A program made the position numbers and the translations under genes. DNA of 64,000 bases from contig DATNAQ010000031.1 of NCBI GenBank assembly GCA_035607415.1, positions 6,084-70,083 on the forward strand, given 5' to 3'. This document shows, piece after piece, positions 45,728-52,391 of this stretch. Source of the stretch: Polyangia bacterium (lineage in GTDB: Bacteria > Myxococcota_A > Polyangia > Palsa-1104). The stretch's first letter is position 1, and each line of letters begins with the position of its first letter. The notes under the pieces were generated by a model. It saw only the letters and a list, made by a program, of their open reading frames with translations. It was not told where the DNA came from and made no database searches.

Positions 45728-46282
45728 CTACGGCGATCCCTGTGTGGTGCTGCCGCCCGTCGCGGATCCGCTGTTGCTCACGTTGCTGCTGCCGCTGGCG
45801 TTCACGGCGGCCGTCGTGGTCGACGGCGTCACCGTCGTCGGCGGCGTCACCAGCGGCACGTTCGAGGCGCTGCTCGTCAAGCCGCCGTTGGCCGCGGGCG
45901 GTGAGGCCACCGGCGCGACCGGCGTCGTCGACAGCGGCGTCGCGGGATCGGACGGGAGGATCACCGCGGTCGTGCCCGCGCCGCTGCCGGCGCTCGCCGC
46001 GCTCGCCGCCGCGGCCGACGGCACGCTCGGCGCCTCGGCGCCGCCCGATGCGTTGATGGAGAGCGTCGCGCTCGGCGCGCCGGGCCACGGCGGCCACGCT
46101 GTCGACGCGGGCATCGCCTCCGCGGGCAAGACACCGGCGGTGCTCGTCGACGCGCCGGCGGACGACGCGGCGCCGGTCGCATTCGGCACGCCGAGAATGG
46201 CGCCGGTGCCGCTCGTTTGCGCGCGTACGATCGCGCTCGACGAAAAACACGCAACCGTCAGCAAACAGCTCCGCAGCGTCAT
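45728..46282 (-). CDS. Secreted low-complexity Ser/Thr/Ala/Pro-rich protein
   Basis: Signal peptide MTLRSCLLTVACFSSSAIVRAQ, then about 160 aa of S/T/A/P/G. High GC3. It lies directly upstream of mdtA on the same strand. The mirror + strand ORF 45537..46472 is less plausible. Confidence 0.5.
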   Translation of the reverse strand: MTLRSCLLTVACFSSSAIVRAQTSGTGAILGVPNATGAASSAGASTSTAGVLPAEAMPASTAWPPWPGAPSATLSINASGGAEAPSVPSAAAASAASAGSGAGTTAVILPSDPATPLSTTPVAPVASPPAANGGLTSSASNVPLVTPPTTVTPSTTTAAVNASGSSNVSNSGSATGGSTTQGSP

Positions 46283-46468
46283 CGCGTCTGCTTTTGTGTG
46301 CACACGATGTTCCACGCTGCGGTTGCTTACGCAGTCGTCATCCAAAGAATCGGCAAGAAATGGATCCGCGACGGCGCGGACGTCGTCCAACCGATCAGAG
46401 AAGGGCGACGCGGGCGTCTGGAAGGTGTGGCCGGCGGCGTTGGAGGGAGACGTCCGCGTCGTCTTTTC

Positions 46469-46648
46469 TTAAGGCCATGTCGCGCTCGGTAGCTCGGCGA
46501 TCCACACCTGCGGATCGGTCTGATCGCGGACGGTGACCACCAGCGCCAGCCGCTTGCCGTCGGCGGACAGGCCGCTGTGCGTGAACAGCGGCGGACCGAT
46601 CACGGTTTCGTCAGGGAGCCCGCGCAGCAGCCACGCCCCCAGCCTCAT
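46469..46648 (-). CDS. 59-aa ORF translationally coupled to the kinase gene (beta-propeller blade-like)
   Basis: It falls below the ORF-track length cutoff. It has an ATGA overlap with the upstream stop. It reads MRLGAWLLRGLPDETVIGPPLFTHSGLSADGKRLALVVTVRDQTDPQVWIAELPSATWP with high GC3. Confidence 0.4.
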   Translation of the reverse strand: MRLGAWLLRGLPDETVIGPPLFTHSGLSADGKRLALVVTVRDQTDPQVWIAELPSATWP

Positions 46649-47586
46649 CGCGCGAAGCTCTCCTTCACGAGCGCGAGGCCAAAGGCCCAGCGCCCTTCGC
46701 CGTCGGCGACGCTCACGGCGCCCGCGCGCAGCCGCTGATAGAAGTCGCCCAGCCCGAGCGCTCCGTCGAGCGTCGCGCTGCCGTCACCCTCGTAGCCGGC
46801 GAGGCGGGCCAGATGCAGAAACACGACACCACAAACCACGGCCACGAGACGGCGATCGTAGACGAAGCGCGCCGGCAGCGCGGCCACCGGTGCGTCGTCG
46901 TACGCGGCGACGAGCGTGCGGCAGGCCTCGTCGTCGAGGCGCGCGAACACCGAGATGGTGGCGAGATCGTAGTATGGCTCGTTCGCCGAGGCGCGATCCC
47001 AGTCGAGCAGGATCAGCCGCTCCCCGTCGTAGACGAGGTTCGACGGGTTGACGTCGTTGTGGCTGAGCACCGGCGTGCGTCCGCTCGATGGCGCCGCTTC
47101 GCCGCGCAGGCGTGCGACCGCCTCGCCGACGAACGCAGGCAACGCCACGCCCGACGACACCCGCGCCAATAGGGCGGCCAGAAACGCGAGCGGCTCGATG
47201 CCGTCACCGCTGGCCGCCGGCAGCGGCAGCTCGTGCACGCGGCGAAGCGTGCGGCCGAGCAGCGCGATCGCCGCCGCGCGCGTCGCCGGATTGAGCAGCA
47301 GCGCCGGGAAGGAGCGATCGACCACGAGCTCGCTGAGGATGGCGCGGCGCTCGGGGTCGACGTGAACGACCCGCGGCGCGAGCCCCGCCTGCGCGGCCCG
47401 CTCGACAATGTCGCGCATGCGCCGCCAGCCGTCGAGCGGCTCGGCGGCGTCCGCGATCTTGAGCACGAAGGCGCGTCCATCGGCGTCGACCCGATGGACC
47501 GCGGCACCGGACAGCCCGGCGGTGAGCCGCGTGATCGCGGTGCCCTCGTGGCGCAGCTCGGCAGGCAGACAGTCTTGCAAGCTCAT
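46645..47586 (-). CDS. Aminoglycoside/choline-kinase-type phosphotransferase (APH family)
   Basis: The catalytic loop LSHNDVNPSNLV and the Mg-binding LLDWD are present, with an N-lobe FVLKIAD lysine. Confidence 0.85.
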   Translation of the reverse strand: MSLQDCLPAELRHEGTAITRLTAGLSGAAVHRVDADGRAFVLKIADAAEPLDGWRRMRDIVERAAQAGLAPRVVHVDPERRAILSELVVDRSFPALLLNPATRAAAIALLGRTLRRVHELPLPAASGDGIEPLAFLAALLARVSSGVALPAFVGEAVARLRGEAAPSSGRTPVLSHNDVNPSNLVYDGERLILLDWDRASANEPYYDLATISVFARLDDEACRTLVAAYDDAPVAALPARFVYDRRLVAVVCGVVFLHLARLAGYEGDGSATLDGALGLGDFYQRLRAGAVSVADGEGRWAFGLALVKESFAR

Positions 47587-47631
47587 CGTCGGGCGATGTT
47601 ACATCGACGCCACGTCCCAATCGGAGTGAAC

Positions 47632-47997
47632 ATGGCGATCGATCCGACCGGAAAAGATCTCAAGCGCTTCCTCGCCGACGACGACGGCGCACCGGTGGTG
47701 ATGCTCAACCTTCTCCGCTTCGCCGACGGCGGCCGCGCCCGCTACGACGAATACGCGCGCGCCATTCAGCCGTTCCTCGCGCGCGCGGGCGGCAAGGTGG
47801 TCTACGCCGGCGACGGCACGACGCCGCTGGTGGCGGAGGCAGGGCAAGGGTGGGATGCGGTGCTGTTGGTTCGTTATCCGAGCCGCGCCGCCTTCTGCCA
47901 GATGGTGGCGGACCCCGAGTATCAGAAGGTCACGCACCTGCGTACGACGGCGCTACGGGAGGCGGTCCTGCAACCGACGCGCTCCTGGTACGGCTAG
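47632..47997 (+). CDS. DUF1330 domain protein
   Basis: PVVMLNLLRF..YDEYARAIQPFL..WDAVLLVRYPSRAAFCQMVADPEYQKV..R is the typical DUF1330 pattern. GGAG RBS. Confidence 0.85.
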   Translation: MAIDPTGKDLKRFLADDDGAPVVMLNLLRFADGGRARYDEYARAIQPFLARAGGKVVYAGDGTTPLVAEAGQGWDAVLLVRYPSRAAFCQMVADPEYQKVTHLRTTALREAVLQPTRSWYG

Positions 47998-48176
47998 CCG
48001 CCGCGACGGCGGCGCTTCGCCGACGCCGCCGACGGCTGCAGCTCCCCCTCGAGCGCGTCGAGCAGCAGCAGCAAGCGCCGGTTGTCCCCGTCGGAGCCGC
48101 CGTGCTCGATGGCGCCGCGCAAGGCGCCGACGATCACCCGGGCGCTGTCGAGGCTCGGCTCGAGTCGCGCCGACAT
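47994..48176 (-). CDS. 60-aa hypothetical protein with a poly-Arg tail
   Basis: The ATG shares one base with the upstream TGA (TGATG). It reads MSARLEPSLDSARVIVGALRGAIEHGG...KRRRRGG. Its stop shares CTAG with the converging DUF1330 gene. Confidence 0.45.
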   Translation of the reverse strand: MSARLEPSLDSARVIVGALRGAIEHGGSDGDNRRLLLLLDALEGELQPSAASAKRRRRGG

Positions 48177-48481
48177 CACTGCACCTCGCCCGTGAGGTGC
48201 CACTCTTCTCGCTGCTCGCGCTGACGGCGCAGATACTCGTGCGCATCGACGATGGCGCCGCGCTCGCGCAGCACCTCGTCGATCTCGCTCATGTCCTGGC
48301 GAAGCGCCGAGACCGAGCGTGCGACCCCCTGAAGCGCGAGCAGCAGCTCGGAGTCCTGCGCCGTGCCGGCGTGCGTCGCCAGAATCGTCAACGTGCTTTG
48401 AATCTCGTCGAGCTGTTCGTGGACCTCGTTCATGTCACAGGTGAACACGCCTCGCTCTTCGAGGATCTTGCGGCTCAGCAT
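48176..48481 (-). CDS. 101-aa helical hypothetical protein
   Basis: GGAGG lies 8 nt upstream of ATG 48481. The predicted helices are NEVHEQLDEIQSTLTILA and VSALRQDMSEIDEVLRER. Confidence 0.55.
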   Translation of the reverse strand: MLSRKILEERGVFTCDMNEVHEQLDEIQSTLTILATHAGTAQDSELLLALQGVARSVSALRQDMSEIDEVLRERGAIVDAHEYLRRQREQREEWHLTGEVQ

Positions 48482-48610
48482 CCTGGCACCTCCTTCGCCG
48501 GCGCGTGGCCGGCTTAGTCCGTTGTTGTCGTGCTGGTGGTGAGCACGTACGCGGGCCGCTGCAACGGGATTCCGCCCTAGTGCACCACGCGTATTGGGTC
48601 CAAGGCTTCG

Positions 48611-48893
48611 TTACTTCTGGCGGATGGCTTCGGTCGCGACCCGTTTTGCGACGTCGAGCGCCTGCTCGACGGGGACGCTTGACGTCGGGCGCGACGCCCG
48701 TCCCTTCCTGTCCGTCTTGGTGATCGGACTGATCGGGCGCGCATACGGCACGTGGACGCCGAAGTGACCATCGATGCGCAACGGCGCCGTCGGGTGCGCG
48801 CCGCCGTCCGGTTCTCGCCGACGATGGTCGCGCGCTTGAGATCCTTCCAGTGATCGAAGGAAGAGTCTCGTCGAGCTCGGGACAGGTCGCTGA
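48611..48893 (-). pseudogene. Frameshifted C-terminal remnant of an S41 (IRBP/Tsp-like) peptidase
   Basis: One frame gives FDHWKDLKRATIVGE. Another gives GGAHPTAPLRIDGHFGVHVPYARPISPITKTD. A third gives GTGVAPDVK. The first frame then resumes with VPVEQALDVAKRVATEAIRQK. Together these reconstitute the S41 C-terminal consensus (RATIVGE.T.GGA ... WEG.GV.PDV.VP...AL..A). Confidence 0.45.
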
Positions 48894-49709
48894 TCAGCGC
48901 ACGACGGCGCCGCCGGTCGCGGCGAACGCTCGTGCCGCGCGCATCGGGCTCGTTCCGGGTAGCCCGCGGTGGAACGGTCCGAGCGTCTTTTCGCCCGCGA
49001 CCAGCGTGAAACACGAGCCGGGCGCGTCCTCGAGCCCCGGACACGTCGACAACACCAGCTCCGCCGCCTCCGGCCACTGCTTCCAGTCCGGCACCGCAAC
49101 ACGGACCTTCGCCTCGTCCACGTCGACCGTCGCCGCGAAGGTCGCCACGTGCGGCGCGCCGCCACGACACACCTCGCGAATGGTCAGCTGCGCGGCGTCG
49201 CTCCCGCGCTCGAACACGAACGAATAGCTCCGCGTCGCGCACTCGGGATCGCTGACCTCGGTCGACCAGCGGCCGCTGCGCTCGCGGATCCAGTCGAGCG
49301 GCTCGCCTTCGTCGAACTCCGGCAGGGTCAAGAGGTCGCGCACCTCGGGCAGCGCCGAGACGAAATCGAGATCGGCGTCACTCGCCGCCTTGGCGCGCTT
49401 CTCCTTCGCCACCGGATCCGCGGACGCCGCCAGCCAGCGCAGCTCCCTGATCGCGGTCACGACGTCACGCAGCCGTGACGCGACGCACGCGAGGTTGTAG
49501 TGCGCGAGCGCGTACTCCGGATCGAGCGCGACCGCGTCGGAGAAGTGGAGCTCGGCGCGCGGAAGCTGCCCGGCGCGGTAGTAGCGCCAGCCGGCCGTGT
49601 TGGCGGCCATGGCGCGACGGTGCTGCGTTGGCGGAACCCTCGCCGCCGATGCCTGCGACGACGCCAACACGACGGAGATCACAAAGACAAGGGGGAGTAG
49701 GCGCGACAC
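48894..49709 (-). CDS. Secreted protein with an N-terminal TPR-like motif and an unknown Cys-containing domain
   Basis: GTG start. Signal peptide MSRLLPLVFVISVVLASSQASA. The TPR-like stretch is YYRAGQLPRAELHFSDAVALDPEYALAHYNLACV. Confidence 0.65.
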   Translation of the reverse strand: MSRLLPLVFVISVVLASSQASAARVPPTQHRRAMAANTAGWRYYRAGQLPRAELHFSDAVALDPEYALAHYNLACVASRLRDVVTAIRELRWLAASADPVAKEKRAKAASDADLDFVSALPEVRDLLTLPEFDEGEPLDWIRERSGRWSTEVSDPECATRSYSFVFERGSDAAQLTIREVCRGGAPHVATFAATVDVDEAKVRVAVPDWKQWPEAAELVLSTCPGLEDAPGSCFTLVAGEKTLGPFHRGLPGTSPMRAARAFAATGGAVVR

Positions 49710-49780
49710 GGACAGTTATCGGCCGAACGCGGAAAAAGTTGCGTGGACGAGCGAGCGTCCTAGAACTCATCAGATGCGTT

Positions 49781-50932
49781 CTAGTCGCGACAGATGGACC
49801 TGTCGTTCTGATTGGCGGCCAGCGCGTGGAGGCGCTGCTCGGCGTCCTTCTTCCACGACGTGGATGGATAGCGACTGAGCAGTGCCTGGAGATAGACCTT
49901 CGCGTCGCTGCAATGCTTGAGCGCCGCGAAGGCGACACCGTTCTGGTACATCGCGTCGGCGGCGGCGTCGCTGTCCTCATACTGCTGGAGCACTTTGGTG
50001 TACGCCCCGATCGCCTCCGCGAGCTGCTTCTCCCCGGCGTACGACTCGCCGATGCCATACTGCGCGCGCGCGGCGCGACGATCCGTCGGATAGAGCCCGA
50101 GGAACGCGCCAAACAGCCGGCGGGCCTCGTCCCACTGGCGCGCGGCGAGCCGCTGGTTCGCTTCGGCAAAGAGCGCATCCGGGGTATCCGGCATCGGCCG
50201 CGCGGCGGCCGGCGCAGCGCCGGGCAACGGCGCGGGAAGAGGGGCCGGGGCGACGGCGTGCCTCGCATCGCTCACCGCCGTCGTGTCGCTTGGGGCCACC
50301 AGGGCGGGCGCGCGATCGGGTGATCCCATCGCGCGTTCACCCGCCGCGACTTCGACGCGGCCCCGCTCGTTGGCGAACGCCACCCGGCCTTCATAGACAC
50401 TGACGAACGTGGTCGCTGCCAGTGCCGCGATGACTGCCTTCTTGTCCATCGATCGAACCTCCACGCGAAAACAGGTTCCGAGCGCCGTGAGGTCGGCGTC
50501 GGCCGTAGACACGAACAATCGGCTTCCCTTCTCGGCCCGGTAGAAAACGTTTCCTCGTCGCTGCTGAACGCGAACCGTGCCGTCGGACGTGAGCGTCCAC
50601 GACAAGGCGCTGTTCGCCTCCGCGACCGCGGTCACCCGATCGCCGAGCGGGAGCGTGGTGCGCGTCGTGACCTCTCGATCGCCGACGCGGATGGCCGCCT
50701 CGTGTCGCCGCGGAGCCCGCAGCAGCAACAGCGACGCGCTCGCCGCGACGAGCGTCAGCGCTCCGAGCCACCACGGCAGCCCCATTCGTCGACGCCTCGG
50801 CGCGGTTCGCGACCGCTCTCTCTGCCAGGCCTCCGTGACGCGCTCGGCGAAGCCCGCCGGCAGCTCCTCGGTGACGTAGGCTGCCCGCATCCTGGCCGAC
50901 AGCAGAGTCTCATCGTCGCGATCGCTACCCAT
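49781..50932 (-). CDS. Anti-sigma factor: cytoplasmic N-domain, TM, FecR-like domain, Pro-rich linker and YbgF/CpoB-like TPR C-domain
   Basis: The start overlaps the sigma stop by 8 nt. TM WWLGALTLVAASASLLLL. The FecR-like beta region is GNVFYRAEKGSRLFVSTADADLTALGTCFRV. The C-terminus is AQYGIGESYAGEKQLAEAIGAYTKVLQQYEDSDAAADAMY. Confidence 0.75.
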   Translation of the reverse strand: MGSDRDDETLLSARMRAAYVTEELPAGFAERVTEAWQRERSRTAPRRRRMGLPWWLGALTLVAASASLLLLRAPRRHEAAIRVGDREVTTRTTLPLGDRVTAVAEANSALSWTLTSDGTVRVQQRRGNVFYRAEKGSRLFVSTADADLTALGTCFRVEVRSMDKKAVIAALAATTFVSVYEGRVAFANERGRVEVAAGERAMGSPDRAPALVAPSDTTAVSDARHAVAPAPLPAPLPGAAPAAARPMPDTPDALFAEANQRLAARQWDEARRLFGAFLGLYPTDRRAARAQYGIGESYAGEKQLAEAIGAYTKVLQQYEDSDAAADAMYQNGVAFAALKHCSDAKVYLQALLSRYPSTSWKKDAEQRLHALAANQNDRSICRD

Positions 50933-51476
50933 CGTGGACCTCGGCGAGTGCAGACCGTAATGCCGCGCGCGCGCGGGACAGTCTCGACTTGACCGTGCCG
51001 AGGTCGATGTCGAGCGCAGCTCCGATCTCGTCGTAGGAGAGCTCATGAAACTCGCGCAGCACGAACACGGCGCGATATTCGGGCGCGAGCCCACCCAACG
51101 CGCGCTCGATGGCGCGGCCGAGCGAGCGCAACTCGACCGGAGGTGGCACCGTCGCGTCGAGCGGTTCCAGTACCGGCTCGGTCGGCGCGCGCCTACGCAG
51201 CTCGTCGATGGCGGCCCGCGTCGCGATCGTCAGTATCCACGTCGAGAGCCGCGCCTCGCCGCGTGGATCCCAATTCGGCAGCGCGCGAAACACCCGCAAA
51301 AAGGTCTCCTGCGCCACGTCTTCGACGGCTGCACGCCGCCCGCTCGGGATGAGCAGGCGCGACACGAGCGCACCGACCTGCTGCTGATATTTCCGCACGA
51401 GCGCGGTGCACGCGGCCGGCTCGCCACGCTGGGCCCGCTTCAGCGTCAGCTCGTCCAGCTCGAGAGGCTCTCCCAT
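50925..51476 (-). CDS. ECF (group 4) sigma-70 family RNA polymerase sigma factor
   Basis: Region 2 is VEDVAQETFLRVFRAL..STWILTIATRAAIDELRR. Region 4 is YRAVFVLREFHELSYDEIGAALDIDLGTVKSRLSRAR. Confidence 0.9.
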   Translation of the reverse strand: MGEPLELDELTLKRAQRGEPAACTALVRKYQQQVGALVSRLLIPSGRRAAVEDVAQETFLRVFRALPNWDPRGEARLSTWILTIATRAAIDELRRRAPTEPVLEPLDATVPPPVELRSLGRAIERALGGLAPEYRAVFVLREFHELSYDEIGAALDIDLGTVKSRLSRARAALRSALAEVHDG

Positions 51477-51515
51477 CGCGATGGTCTTGGCAGCGTGTCC
51501 CACCTTCACTGTTTC

Positions 51516-51540
51516 ACGGAAGCCGACCCTGGAAGGTTCC
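51516..51540 (-). promoter_or_regulatory. ECF-type promoter (GGAAC-N17-CGT) upstream of the sigma factor gene
   Basis: The minus strand reads GGAAC cttccagggtcggcttc CGTG. The CGT is 40 nt upstream of ATG 51476. ECF sigma genes are commonly autoregulated. Confidence 0.35.
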
Positions 51541-51586
51541 CGAAGAACGTGGTCCAGGATGAGTATGCGGACTACTTCGGGTCGGC

Positions 51587-51907
51587 CTATTCGCCGATGA
51601 CGGTCATCGAGAAGAAGCGATCGACGAGCGTGCCGCGATCGTTCGATGTCACGATGCCGACGTGCCCGTTGGTAACGAATTCGATCCCGGCGTGATCGCC
51701 CGGCGAACCGGCCCAATCGTCGCCATTGGTGCTCCACACATGGCTCACCGTGACTGCCGGGATGGTACGGAAGGTGGGCACGAACGCGAACTTGTACTGG
51801 CCGCTGCCGGGTACGTGGGCGACCAGCTCGATCTTCGTCGTGCCCATGGCGTTGGAAACGCTGAGAGCGTCGCCGTTCGGACGTCGCACCGTTCCCAGAA
51901 TCGTCAT
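51587..51907 (-). CDS. Small beta-rich hypothetical protein (H-type lectin-like?)
   Basis: MTILGTVRRPNGD..KFAFVPTFRTIPAVTVSHVWS..GIEFVTNGHVGIVTSN resembles the H-lectin pattern (F..PF...P.V.vs ... GF.v). GC3 is lower than in neighbouring genes. Confidence 0.5.
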   Translation of the reverse strand: MTILGTVRRPNGDALSVSNAMGTTKIELVAHVPGSGQYKFAFVPTFRTIPAVTVSHVWSTNGDDWAGSPGDHAGIEFVTNGHVGIVTSNDRGTLVDRFFSMTVIGE

Positions 51908-51982
51908 CGCGACGAGCATAGCGCAGTCGTGGTGACGCTGCTCATCGCGAGCGACGCGTCGACGATCCTCGGGACGCGTCTG

Positions 51983-52207
51983 CTAGAAGGCGCGCAGCGC
52001 GATCACCGCGCACGTGGCGTGCCACGCGCGATTGTCGGTGTCGCAAAAGCTGTCGAGCACGTCGACATCGGCCTTGCCACACTGCGGGCAGGCATCGGCC
52101 GCGCCCTTCGCTTGCGCCTGCGACAGGAGCTTGCGGCTGCCGGGAGTGTGAAAGGGGCAACGGTCGGGGCCGATGAGCGTCGCGCACGTCGCGCAGCTGG
52201 GATCCAT
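51983..52207 (-). CDS. Small Cys-rich zinc-ribbon-like protein (74 aa)
   Basis: CATCATLIGPDRCPFH ... CPQCGK ... FCDTDNRAWHATC gives two CxxC pairs plus extra Cys/His. Confidence 0.5.
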   Translation of the reverse strand: MDPSCATCATLIGPDRCPFHTPGSRKLLSQAQAKGAADACPQCGKADVDVLDSFCDTDNRAWHATCAVIALRAF

Positions 52208-52391
52208 GGGCGAGAGCCTACCACCGTGACCGCGCCTTCCCTATGGGCGATCGCGATGCTGGGAACCGTCCGGCAACCGGACACGATTCGTATGCCGGTT
52301 GCCACCAGTCGCGTCCCGCCATTCGCGCGTCCCTAACCGCGCGTGATCGCGTCGCGCCGCTTCGGCACGGCCCGTGCTCTAGGCGCGCGAC

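Noticed and set aside
45537-46472. A + strand 311-aa ORF mirroring the Ser/Thr-rich minus-strand ORF, with equally high GC3.
   Set aside because: It starts inside the antisense of mdtA, and it has no signal or motif. The minus-strand reading has a clean signal peptide and a sensible start. Still, neither is proven, hence the 0.5 confidence.
48485-48500. A second sigma-54-like match, TGGCACctcctTCGCC, on the + strand.
   Set aside because: It overlaps the RBS (GGAGG on the minus strand) of the 101-aa ORF. Nothing coding lies downstream on the + strand. The -12 element is weaker (TCGC).
48482-48610. The larger intergenic regions (48482-48610, 51477-51586, 52208-52391, 46283-46468, 61049-61162) were inspected for tRNA, small RNA or riboswitch signatures.
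   Set aside because: No T-loop GTTCGAATC-like box, no cloverleaf-compatible complementarity and no known riboswitch cores were recognised. Only the hairpins and palindromes reported separately were found.
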